Positions 49,226 through 61,700 of a DNA stretch of 64,000 nucleotides are shown one piece after another (within the stretch, counting starts at the first letter, position 1; each line of letters opens with the position of its first letter). The position numbers were made by a program, and so were the translations under genes. The notes under the pieces are model-generated. The model saw only the letters and a program-made list of their open reading frames with translations. It was not told the DNA's origin and ran no database searches. The stretch lies in contig MU058636.1 of the NCBI GenBank assembly GCA_013265495.1, positions 5,305,741-5,369,740 on the forward strand. The letters run 5' to 3'. This DNA comes from Vicugna vicugna. Taxonomy: Eukaryota.

Positions 49226-50180
49226 CTTTTAAATCACCGAATCCTGTAGTTTCCTTCTAGCAAAGATCTATTCAGAGCTAAGGACACTAATTTGCACTCA
49301 CCACTCGTTGAAATTCTTCTAGTCTTTGGCATCTAATATTATGAATTCTCTCATCTCTCTAAACACTGTCTCCTTCCTATCACCAGGCAATACTTGCACC
49401 TTAACTATTAATGTTTTTTAGGATTCAGACTGTACTTCTTGCTTGTTTTATTGCATGTGCATAATGAGAGATCTCATCTCAAAATAAACTACACTCTGAT
49501 GATGCCCATCCTCGTTTTCTAGTCCAGACACCTCATCTGAGCTCCAGGGCTACATTTCTAATGACCCACTAGTCTCTTCCATGTGTGGGGTCCTGCTGGC
49601 CCTTCAAACTCACCTGTCAAACCTGAACTCATTATAGTCTCTTCAAAACCTACTTTTCCAATTTAGAGCCTTGTCTTGATTAAGAGCATCACCACTAGGC
49701 CACACAAACTAGAAAACGGAGTCATCTTGAGACTCTTCTTCAAGATCTACACTCATCTGATCACCAAGTCCTGTCAATTATACCTCCATGGTGTCTTTGA
49801 AGTCTTGCCTCTCCTTGGTCCTACTCAGTCCCGTCTCATCTTTTACTGAGAGTCAGGCAACAGCCTCTCAAATTGGTTTCCAATGCTTCACATTGAAACC
49901 AGTTCCAGTTCTCAATTTTTTATTGTGTCATTCATTTACTTCAAAATATTTGATGACTGTCCTCATTTTCAGCCATCTCCAGTTTACTCACTCACTAGAC
50001 ATCCATTAGTGTCAAATGTGAGGCAGGTATGGATTAGAAGCTGATCATCCAGTCTGAAGCTGTCTTCTGCAGGTTCTTGGTCTTTGCTCCTATAACTGAC
50101 AGCCTGTTTCTTTGGCCAGTTCCACATGTGTTAATGCCTCTACCTAAGAGCTAAGAGTGGTATATGAAATAAATTATATA

Positions 50181-51190
50181 CAGTTGACCTTTGAACAACA
50201 TACCTTTGAACTATGTAGGTCCACTTACATGCACATTTTTTTCAATAAATATATTGGACAATTTTTTAAGATTTGCAACAACTTGAAAAAACTCACAGAT
50301 GAATTGCTTAGCCTAGAAATATCAAAAAAATTAAGAAAAAGGTATGTCATGAATGCATAAAAACCATGTAGACACTAGTCTATTCTTACATAGGTATAAG
50401 GTGATATGTAATATAAAATTAACAATGTGTTAGTTTTATTACTGTTCATAACTTTGCTTTGAAAAAAATCACATTATTATACAATATTCCTCTTTCTTGT
50501 ACTTGGAGAAGCTGCGTATCAGTTTATTATCACAGGTATGGCTTTTAAAAAAATAATGGTGTTTCCAATTCTGTACTGTACTGTGCACATAGCTGTAATA
50601 CTGTATGCCATAAGAATTTTGTAACGATCCATTCCTTCGTGTACAGGCTAAGCTACCACGAAGCGGTCCTACCAGTTATAGCAGGCTTCCATGAAGCAGT
50701 CATACTGCTGCTTCTTCCTTATCAACGCATGAATCGTGGTGCCTATAAATAAACAGAATTTCCTTTCCACGTGATCTTTTCACTTTTGATGTCCATTGTT
50801 AGCAACATGTGTAGCATCTGCAGTGTTTTGTATCAATAATCATCATCGCAATACCGATGTAGGTAGGTACTGACAGAGGAATCATCTTGTGTCAGATGAC
50901 GTACACTTACGGTTTTGGAAAATGCAGTGCAGCACTGTAAGTGTATTTTCTCTTTCTTATGATTTTCTTAATAACATTTTCTTTTCTGTAGCTTAGTTTA
51001 TTGTAAGAATACAGTACATAACACATATACAAAATATGTGTTAATTGACTACTCAAGTTATTGATAAGGCTTCTGATCTACAGTAGACTAAGTAGTTAAG
51101 TTTTTAGGGCTCTAAGAGTTATGTGTGAATTTTGAATTCGTGGGGGGGAGGTTAGCATCCCTAACCTGTGCATCGTTCAAGGGCCAACTG
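50181..51190 (+). mobile_element. Tigger2-family non-autonomous element (about 1 kb) with both terminal inverted repeats
   Basis: TA-CAGTTGACCTTTGAACAAC ... CATCGTTCAAGGGCCAACTG-TA. Confidence 0.88.
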
Positions 51191-51599
51191 TACATACATA
51201 TCCATAAATGTATACTCATTTGGAAGCTCTAATATATACCTAAATAAGTTGATGTTTCTCATTTGGCAGCTCTGTAACAGGTTTGTTTAGGAAGCACTGT
51301 CTGTTATTTATAAAATTTACTTATCTAACAAAACCTTTCTTCCATTATGGTTTGGAAACTCAAACCATTTTATTCTATGAAAAAGTTTTTGATCCACTAC
51401 ATATACAAAAGATATCAAAGAATTCATACTTTATGTACCACATACTTGATATGCTTTATATTTTCTGACACGCACAGGAAGTTTATTTATTATTTTTTAA
51501 AGCTAGAGACTCTAACTACATTTAACTATCTAGATTTGGATCCTTTTATCTCCTCTAAACTCAGATATTTGCTTGTGTCTTAAGAACTGCTCCTCTACT

Positions 51600-53080
51600 A
51601 GGAGAAAATGTTTGCAAAACATATATCTCATTAAAGACTACATTCAGAATACATAAAGAACTCTTAAATTCTATCAGTAATACAACCTAATTTTAAAAAT
51701 GGACAGATTTTTTACAGACACTTCTAAAAGAAGATACACAAATGGCAAATAAATGCAAGAGAAGATGCTCAACATCATTTGTCATGGGAGAAATACAAAT
51801 TAAAATCATAATGAGACACCACTATACACATGCTACACACACAATTCTATATAATTTAGATTGTCTAAATTAAAAACACCAACAATACTAAGTTTTAAAA
51901 GAATGCAGAACCTCTGAAACTCCCAAAGGGGTATGGCCCCTGTAGGAAAAAGCTTGGCAATTTCTTATAAAATTAAATATATTCTTAGCACCGACCCAAC
52001 AATTGCACTCTTAGTTATTTATCCAAGATAAAATAAGTTATACATCTATACAAACACGTGTACTTGAATGTTCATAGAAGCTTTATTCACCAAATGGGCA
52101 AAAAAGTTGAAATAACCCAAACATCCATTAACTGGCAAGTGGATAAAAAATTACTGTATATCCATATGATGAAGTATTCAACAACACAAAGGCACTAATT
52201 TCTGATACATGCAGCAACGTGGATAAATCTCAGAGGCACTATGCAGATTGAAAGAGGCCAAACACAAAGCGGGCACTGTATGATTGCCTCTCTACAAAAT
52301 TTTAGAAAAGGTAAAACTATGGTGACAGAAAGCAGTTCAGTAGTTGCCAAATGTGGTAATGGAAATGTTCTATCTCAGGATTATCTCTTATCATACTCTT
52401 ATCATACATATCAGCAGTCACACTCCTAGGTATTTATTCAAAGAGTTGAAAACTTATGTTCACACAAAAACCTGCACAGGAATGTTTATAGAAGCTTTAT
52501 CCATAATGACCAGAACTTGGACGTGACCAAGATGTTCCTCAGTAGGTGAATAGATGAACTGTGGTACATCCAGACAATGGAACATTATTCAGTGCTAAAA
52601 ACAAATGAGCCATCAAGACATAATAAAGACATGGAGGAGCCTTAAATACATATTACTAAGTGGAAGATGACAATCTGAAAGATGATATACAGAATGATTC
52701 CAACTTTAAGACGTCTGGAAACGGCAAAACTACAGGAACAGTAAAAGGTCAGTGGTTGCCAGGGGCCAGGAGGGAGGGAGGGATGATAGGGGTAAATAGA
52801 CAGAGTACAGAGGATTTTTAGGGCAGTGAGATATTCTGTCTGATACTATAATGGTGGATTCACATTACAGATTTGTCAAACCCACAGAATGTACAAATCC
52901 AAGAGTGAAGCCTGACGTAAGCCAGGGACTTTAGGTGATAATGATGTGTCAGTGTAGGTTTACCAGTTGTAATGCACCACTCTGGGGTGGGATGTTAATG
53001 GTGGGAGAGGCTGTGTGTGTGTGGGTACAGGTGGTATGCAAGAACTCTCTGTGCTTAAAATAAAGTCTATTCTTTAAAAA
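51600..53080 (+). mobile_element. Adjacent or nested old LINE-1 3' fragments (L1ME/MD-like then L1MC-like)
   Basis: ACAGACACTTCTAAAAGAAGATACACAAATGGCAAATAAA; AAAACTTATGTTCACACAAAAACCTGCACA; L1MC-type tail GTGATAATGATGTGTCAGTGTAGG...AATAAAGTCTATT. Confidence 0.82.
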
Positions 53081-55959
53081 TGTAGTCTTTGTTTTATTCA
53101 TTTAAAAATCATTGTATTTCTTGGAACTTAAAATTACTGATATAACATGATCTGCATTTCTTTTGCTCTGAATCTACTTGCTTATTAATTCCCAATTCTA
53201 TCTACAAAATTATCATCACTAAAGATATCTTATCAATTCTGGATATAATTTCAAATATCATGCACACAATCATTCAACTCTTCCTTCCACAATGTATACA
53301 TGTATCAAATCATCATGTTGTATATTTTAAATATCTTACAATAATTTTATTTGTCAATTATGCCTCAATAAAGCTGAAAAACAGAAAGAAATAGCTGATT
53401 TGTTAAGACAGGGAAAATAAGACAGAGAAAACACTCTGTGTGGTGGTCTGAAACCAGGCAGACAAGCCCAGCACGGTGCAGCGTCAGCCTGTATTTACCT
53501 TGCACAAGGTAAAGTAAACAATGGCCAGACTCTCCAAGAATATAAAATGGGTGAAACACGCACCCTAGAGAGATGGAAATGCCTCTTTAAGGACTGGCTG
53601 CCTCAGGTAAAAGAATATGACATATAACAGAAGTACTCACATCACTTTATCAAAACCACTGCGAAATTCTGCTGTGATTGCAGCCAGTCTGCATTTAGAA
53701 CAAATATTTAGCATCAGCATTTGTTTCCCTCTAACTTAATAAGTAATATAAAACCCTTCAGATAATCTGAGGCAGTCAGACACTGGTGGCCTGGAAAACT
53801 ATTCCTGCCTGAATAACAATTTTGATTAAAAAACATATTTTCTTTGCTGCATGAACGGTCTGTCTTCCGCTGGATTAGAGCCTCTTTTGAGGCAGGAACC
53901 GTAATTTATTCTCCTAATCTGCGTAAGGCCTAGCAGGAAATTTTATACACGATAGTCTCAGCGGGCTTTTCTTTTTTAACTAAACATACTTTCTCTACTT
54001 AGGTCCAACCCGTGATTGACTTCAAATAGTCACAGTAGACCTTGTAGTTGGAATAACAGAATTAGTCTTCCTTGCTGAATATAACAGGCTGAGAGCTGCA
54101 TCTTATTTGCATTGCAAATGCCCAGCACAGGCACTGGCTCAGAGAGAATCCACACAGTAAATATTTGCTAGGGAAACATGAGAACTTGGCAGGCTCTGGG
54201 GACCATGGGGCCTGACCCTTTTATTTTCAAACGAGGAGAATAAGGCTTTGGGAGAAACACTTGCTCAAGGGAACGAGACATTAGTTAGCAGAGCTCGGAC
54301 TCCGCCCTGCCCAGTGATTTCTCTGCGCCTGCCTAATTAGGGAGAGTCAAAGGAGGGCCTGGAAGATGACGGCCTATGTCACGTACCTCCCCCAGGCTGG
54401 TTGATAAATGGCAGTTTCCTTCCCCTCTCCATTTTTCCCATGGAAAGAGGAAACCCATGACACATGATGAAGACTGTCCACTTTGTGCTCTGGACAAACT
54501 GGATTTACGTGCTAATATAAGCACAGCAATCTGACCCTTTCAGAAGGGCCGGCCACAAGGCCCACTGCTACCAGAGCCTGTCAGTTTCTTCTGTTGTCCT
54601 CAGAAGCCTTTCAAAGGGCTAAAATGTTAGTGAAGGGGAGGCAGTCAGAAGTCTCATTTTAAGAGGGAAACTTGAGGCTCTGGTGGGAAAGTCAACAAGA
54701 AGAGAAGAGGTAGAGATCTGTTCATCCAATAGTGGGTGCCACATACCTGGAACAAGTTGAGGGACTAGGCACGCAGAGTTGAACAAGATGTGGTCCCTGC
54801 CCTTGCGGATGTCACAGCCCAGTGTGGGATGTAAGTATGATGAATAAGAGAATAAGCAATTCACTCCCTGAATGCGTAAGGACAAAATCTACCAGAGGAG
54901 GCAATATTTCAGCAAGGCTATGAAGGACTAAGAGAAATCTGCTGCCGAGGTTAAAAGAATTACAGGCAAAGCCAACATCACTAAATGGCATGCGTTAGTC
55001 TTGGAAATCACTGGTGAGGTAGTCAGGGGCTAGATATGAAGGATCCAAATGAAGACATTAGGAGCAATCTGTGGCAATCGGAGGGGGGCTACTGTAGGAT
55101 ACTGGGAGAGTAAAGTAATTCAACTGCGTATGAGAACCATAACTGGGAGCAGAGTGGAGAATGAACTGAAGAACAGGGAGGAAATGGTTACAGCCGTTTA
55201 GCTGAGAGATGGCAAAGAGGAGCAGAAAGGAAGCGAGAGCAGATGAAGGCTCGGCCACTGATTGATGTGGACACTTGAGGGAGGGGGAGAAGTAGAGGAT
55301 GACTTCCAGATTTCAGGCTTTTGTCAATGTGCCATTAAACACAGAAAACAGTGAAAGAGGGAGCGACCAGGAGCTGGACATGAGGAAGATGCCGAGCTCA
55401 TGTGGGGCTGCGTTACATTTTAAGGGCCCTTGTAACACAAGCCCACTTGAGAATAGTCATCATGTGGATGACATACACAGAAGACACACAAACCAGTCAT
55501 CCAGGGAGAATTCAGAGCCCTGGGAACTGTGGCGCGCAGGGCACGGGTGGAGGAGCAGGAGGAGCCAGGCTGGGGAAGGTGTGGTCAGAGGTGTGGGAGG
55601 CCAACAGAACCAGCGGCAGGCAGCGACCTGGAGGCCACGGAGCATTGCGGAGAGGAGAGGGCGGTTGGGAAGCTGGATCAAATAGTTAAGAAAAAGTAAG
55701 TGATACAAAACCTAAAATATGCCTTTTGGATGTAGCAGTTGTCGAGGGCAGTTTTGCAGAAGCCTGGGTAGAAGGTGGGGCTGTGAGTGATCCCTGAGAA
55801 GTCTAGCTCAGAAGGACAGAGATTTAGGGTATTTTGAGGAGAAAATGAATAATTTATCACCGCACAATATTCTCTCTCCTGTAGAGGCAATAAAATAATT
55901 CATGAACTGACAGGTTATTTTCTTCCAGGTTACAGATCAATTTAACAAACATGTATTAA

Positions 55960-57060
55960 ATTCCGGCTGGCACAGGGAGCACCAGGCACCCGTGACGTGC
56001 CACCGAACGAGACATAGTCCCTACCAGTGAGCACTCCGGAGCTGCTAGAAGGTTCCTGTGGCCCCCAGCTAACCACACCCAGAGTGAGCGAGGCGGCCGG
56101 TGCGCACGGGCCGCGCCCAGGCCGCCCAGAGCACAGCGGGGACGCGCAGGACGGCAGAGCGCGGGCGGCGGCGGAGCGAGGGAAGGGCGGGCGGCGTGCT
56201 GGGGGCTGCGGGCAGGGGGGCAGGCTGTGTGCGGGGACCAGCGGGGGGCGGGGGGTGTCGGGCCCCGGCTCGAGGAGCCCCCTCGTCGCTGTGCCGGAGC
56301 CTGGGCAGACAGACCCCTCTGCACGTGACCTACGTGAGCGCCAGGAAGCCCTTTCCTTCTCTGTGTCTAAGAGTCACGTTTCACAGCTAAACTGCCGGCC
56401 TAGGCTGGTCACGAGGTCGCCCACGCTGCCTTAACGTAATGGCCGGTTTCCCGTGATAGTTTTCTAATAATCCTGCCAAAGGTTTGATGGGAAAACAAGC
56501 AGGGTTCATCGCTGCCGTGGGATGCTGAAGAAAGCCCGCAGCCTGAACTTCTCACCCTCCACTCAAGCGTCAGAGGCGAAAGGTCTGTGGTCCAGTTAGC
56601 TAGGAGTGTTCCGGGCGTGGCCCTCCTAGCCGGTCAGAAACAAGTCACCTGCTCCAGGGGCCAGAGGCCAGCGCCCCGGGGAGCAGCGGCTCCCCCTCCG
56701 CGGGGCATGGGAAAGGCCTCGCCGGCTGCCCGGGAGTTTACGAAACAGACCCTGCGGAGCAGGGTGGAGAGCTGTGCCGCACGGACAAGTCCGGGATGTA
56801 TCAGCCCGGGTGGGACCTTTCAGAAATCACAGGTCATTCACTAGGATGGTTTATGGTGTCTGGAGGGGGAAAAATGTATTTAGAGGTCCACAAGTGGCTG
56901 TCACCGCGCCGCAGCCGAGCCAGTGGAGGCCACGCCGCCCGCTGCTGAGCTGCTCACTCTGGCTGGTCGCCCACCGGTGGTCCTGCTGCCGCAGGAACGC
57001 CGGCCCCTCTTCCAGCCCATAACCCCACAAACTGCCCCTAGAAATCAGCTGAGGCGAGGG
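55960..57060. promoter_or_regulatory. Intronic CpG-island-like element with E-box/HRE/CRE-like motifs (copy 1)
   Basis: High GC and CpG density; TGACGTG at 55993, GCACGTGACCTACGTG at 56321, GTCACGT at about 56373, and GC boxes. Confidence 0.6.
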
Positions 57061-57175
57061 AGAGAAACGGTTAAGTGTGGACTGATCTCGCTATGCAAAG
57101 AAAATGAAGTAGAACATGAATATGTCCCGGGGGAGAGGACGTACGTGTGGCACTGTGGGACTTGTATAATATGTA

Positions 57176-57410
57176 TTTTTAATTGAGATAAAAACTGACA
57201 TTGTATAAGTTTAAGGTGTGCAACGTAAAGATTTGATATCTGTATATATTGCAAAATGATCACCACAGTAAGTTAGTTAACATCCACCGCCATACATAGT
57301 TACTCATTTTTTTCTTATGATGAGAACTTTTAAGATCTACTTGGCAACTTTCAAATATACAACAGAGTGTTGTTAGCTACAGTCACCGTATGGTACATTA
57401 CACCCACAGA
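57176..57410 (-). mobile_element. L1MA9-like 3' end (repeated at about 61757-61990 in duplication copy 2)
   Basis: ATTGTATAAGTTTAAGGTGTGCAAC...ATGATCACCACAGTAAGTTAGTTAACATCC...GAGAACTTTTAAGATCTACT. Confidence 0.85.
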
Positions 57411-58708
57411 AAATAATCTTAAATAAGTGATAGGCCCTAACGATGAGGGCTTGGGGGAAGGGTGTGAGCTCCCTCGGCAAATCAATAAAGGACAGCTGCC
57501 ACAGTGACCCGAAGGGAAGGGCTAAAAACAGAAAGCCCACGTTTTCTTGGGCTTCTTTAGTTTGTGGAATTTCAGACAGAGTTTAAACTCACACATGCCT
57601 GTACTGGAGAAATCAGATGGGGCACCCTTAGCTTTTTAACTGTTCACCACAACTGCATCTAATTGAGATAATTCCTCTACTGAGAATTAGTCCATGTGGA
57701 AGCAAGGGTCACACCAGAGATTTCTGAGAAAGGTTCAAAAATGGAAAGAAAGCAAAAATAGCCTGGGGCGGCAGGGGGATTGGATAATAGGAGGGAGCAC
57801 TCACTCCCTGGCACTGAGGGGCGTCTGTCCGCTCCTCCCCTGCCTGCCCCACAGACTCGCAGACTCGGGTCCCCGTGGTCAGTCCTGGACCTCTTCTCTC
57901 GCACTCTTTACTGTCTCCAGGTGACCTGGCTCACTCTCAGGACCTTTATACCTTCAGATGCTGATGACTCTACATCTCTGTCTCCAGATGAGGTCCCCGT
58001 CCAGCTCCAGATCCTCACCCCCAACTGCACACTGGACAATTCCACCTGGCACTGGCCCCCTGGTGCCTGAGCCCCTCACATCTTACCCTCCTCAGACTCT
58101 GGCCGGACTCCCCTCGCCTCCCCTCCGACTCAAGGAAAGGCGTCACCACCACCCAGCTGCTCAAACCAGCAGGAGTCTGGTCACCCTGAATTTTGAACAA
58201 ACAATAACAATAATAATAACACCTGTTATTCATAGGTTCTCATCAAAATTAAATGAGATCACTGTCAAGAGCTTAGTACGCTAGTTAACACATGGTAAAC
58301 ACTCATTAAATGGTAACCCTTGTCATCTATTATTTATGTGGCAAGGCAAGCCATCTTAAAAAAATTGCTAATGTTTTCCATAATGCAATACAAATATCTA
58401 AAAACGTATATAGAGAGAAGTGAATAACATTCACGCCTTCTCTTACTTCCCACTGTCTTATTTTGTAGTTTCTTGTGTATTCTTCCTGAAGTCATTTTGA
58501 GTAGCTGGTTGGAAGAGGTTACATAAGAGGCCATTTAAAAATATAAAGATGGATGTTTTTCATACAAATTTATATATATGTGAGAAATCCTCTATCTTTG
58601 ACCCTGATATGTCTGCATGTGTCTGTACCCCAGGGCTGCCCCCATTCTATACAGGCTACCTTGGGGTGGGGTTGGTGGGCGAGGGTGGGGGTGGGGATGA
58701 AGATGCCA

Positions 58709-61700
58709 CCTTCAGATAATCTGAGGCAGTCAGACACTGGTGGCCTGGAAAACTATTCCTGCCTGAATAACAATTTTGATTAAAAAACATATTTTCTTTG
58801 CTGCATGAACGGTCTGTCTTCCGCTGGATTAGAGCCTCTTTTGAGGCAGGAACCGTAATTTATTCTCCTAATCTGCGTAAGGCCTAGCAGGAAATTTTAT
58901 ACACGATAGTCTCAGCGGGCTTTTCTTTTTTAACTAAACATACTTTCTCTACTTAGGTCCAACCCGTGATTGACTTCAAATAGTCACAGTAGACCTTGTA
59001 GTTGGAATAACAGAATTAGTCTTCCTTGCTGAATATAACAGGCTGAGAGCTGCATCTTATTTGAGGACCATGGGACCCTTTTATTTTCAAACGAGGAGAA
59101 TAAGGCTTTGGGAGAAACACTTGCTCAAGGGAACGAGACATTAGTTAGCAGAGCTCGGACTCCGCCCTGCCCAGTGATTTCTCTTCTCTGATGGACAAAC
59201 TGGATTTACGTGCTAATATAAGCACAGCAATCTGACCCTTTCAGAAGGGCCGGCCACAAGGCCCACTGCTACCAGAGCCTGTCAGTTTCTTCTGTTGTCC
59301 TCAGAAGCCTTTCAAAGGGCTAAAATGTTAGTGAAGGGGAGGCAGTCAGAAGTCTCATTTTAAGAGGGAAACTTGAGGCTCTGGTGGGAAAGTCAACAAG
59401 AAGAGAAGAGGTAGAGATCTGTTCATCCAATAGTGGGTGCCACATACCTGGAACAAGTTGAGGGACTAGGCACGCAGAGTTGAACAAGATGTGGTCCCTG
59501 CCCTTGCGGATGTCACAGCCCAGTGTGGGATGTAAGTATGATGAATAAGAGAATAAGCAATTCACTCCCTGAATGCGTAAGGACAAAATCTACCAGAGGA
59601 GGCAATATTTGAGCAAGGCTATGAAGGACTAAGAGAAATCTGCTGCCGAGGTTAAAAGAATTACAGGCAAAGCCAACATCACTAAATGGCATGCGTTAGT
59701 CTTGGAAATCACTGGTGAGGTAGTCAGGGGCTAGATATGAAGGATCCAAATGAAGACATTAGGAGCAATCTGTGGCAATCGGAGGGGGGCTACTGTAGGA
59801 TACTGGGAGAGTAAAGTAATTCAACTGCATATGAGAACCATAACTGGGAGCAGAGTGGAGAATGAACTGAAGAACAGGGAGGAAATGGTTACAGCCGTTT
59901 AGCTGAGAGATGGCAAAGAGGAGCAGAAAGGAAGCGAGAGCAGATGAAGGCTCGGCCACTGATTGATGTGGACACTTGAGGGAGGGGGAGAAGTAGAGGA
60001 TGACTTCCAGATTTCAGGCTTTTGTCAATGTGCCATTAAACACAGAAAACAGTGAAAGAGGGAGCGACCAGGAGCTGGACATGAGGAAGATGCCGAGCTC
60101 ATGTGGGGCTGCGTTACATTTTAAGGGCCCTTGTAACACAAGCCCACTTGAGAATAGTCATCATGTGGATGACATACACAGAAGACACACAAACCAGTCA
60201 TCCAGGGAGAATTCAGAGCCCTGGGAACTGTGGCGCGCAGGGCACGGGTGAAGGAGCAGGAGGAGCCAGGCTGGGGAAGGTGTGGTCAGAGGTGTGGGAG
60301 GCCAACAGAACCAGCAGGCAGCGACCTGGAGGCCACGGAGCATTGCGGAGAGGAGAGGGCGGTTGGGAAGCTGGATCAAATAGTTAAGAAAAAGTAAGTG
60401 ATACAAAACCTAAAATATGCCTTTTGGATGTAGCAGTTGTCGAGGGCAGTTTTGCAGAAGCCTGGGTAGAAGGTGGGGCTGTGAGTGATCCCTGAGAAGT
60501 CTAGCTCAGAAGGACAGAGATTTAGGGTATTTTGAGGAGAAAATGAATAATTTATCACCGCACAATATTCTCTCTCCTGTAGAGGCAATAAAATAATTCA
60601 TGAACTGACAGGTTATTTTCTTCCAGGTTACAGATCAATTTAACAAACATGTATTAAATTCCGGCTGGCACAGGGAGCACCAGGCACCCGTGACGTGCCA
60701 CCGAACGAGACATAGTCCCTACCAGTGAGCTCTCCGGAGCTGCTAGAAGGTTCCTGTGGCCCCCAGCTAACCACACCCAGAGTGAGCGAGGCGGCCGGTG
60801 CGCACGGGCCGCGCCCAGGCCGCCCAGAGCACAGCGGGGACGCGCAGGACGGCAGAGCGCGGGCGGCGGCGGAGCGAGGGAAGGGCTGGCAGCGACCTCT
60901 GCACGTGACCTACGTGAGCGCCAGGAAGCCCTTTCCTTCTCTGTGTCTAAGAGTCACGTTTCACAGCTAAACTGCCGGACTAGGCTGGTCACGAGGTCGC
61001 CCACGCTGCCTTAACGTAATGGCCGGTTTCCCGTGATAGTTTTCTAATAATCCTGCCAAAGGTTTGATGGGAAAACAAGCAGGGTTCATCGCTGCCGTGG
61101 GATGCTGAAGAAAGCCCGCAGCCTGAACTTCTCACCCTCCACTCAAGCGTCAGAGGCGAAAGGTCTGTGGTCCAGTTAGCTAGGAGTGTTCCGGGCGTGG
61201 CCCTCCTAGCCGGTCAGAAACAAGTCACCTGCTCCAGGGGCCAGAGGCCAGCGCCCCGGGGAGCAGCGGCTCCCCCTCCGCGGGGCATGGGAAAGGCCTC
61301 GCCGGCTGCCCGGGAGTTTACGAAACAGACCCTGCGGAGCAGGGTGGAGAGCTGTGCCGCACGGACAAGTCCGGGATGTATCAGCCCGGGTGGGACCTTT
61401 CAGAAATCACAGGTCATTCACTAGGATGGTTTATGGTGTCTGGAGGGGGAAAAATGTATTTAGAGGTCCACAAGTGGCTGTCACCGCGCCGCAGCCGAGC
61501 CAGTGGAGGCCACGCCGCCCGCTGCTGAGCTGCTCACTCTGGCTGGTCGCCCACCGGTGGTCCTGCTGCCGCAGGAACGCCGGCCCCTCTTCCAGCCCAT
61601 AACCCCACAAACTGCCCCTAGAAATCAGCTGAGGCGAGGGAGAGAAACGGTTAAGTGTGGACTGATCTCGCTATGCAAAGAAAATGAAGTAGAACATGAA

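Larger units (their letters stand above)
53755..58707 (+). repeat. Tandem duplication, copy 1 (4953 bp)
   Basis: Begins CCTTCAGATAATCTGAGG and ends GATGAAGATGCC. Identical ORFs recur at offsets of 4701, 4698, 4580 and 4581. Confidence 0.98.
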
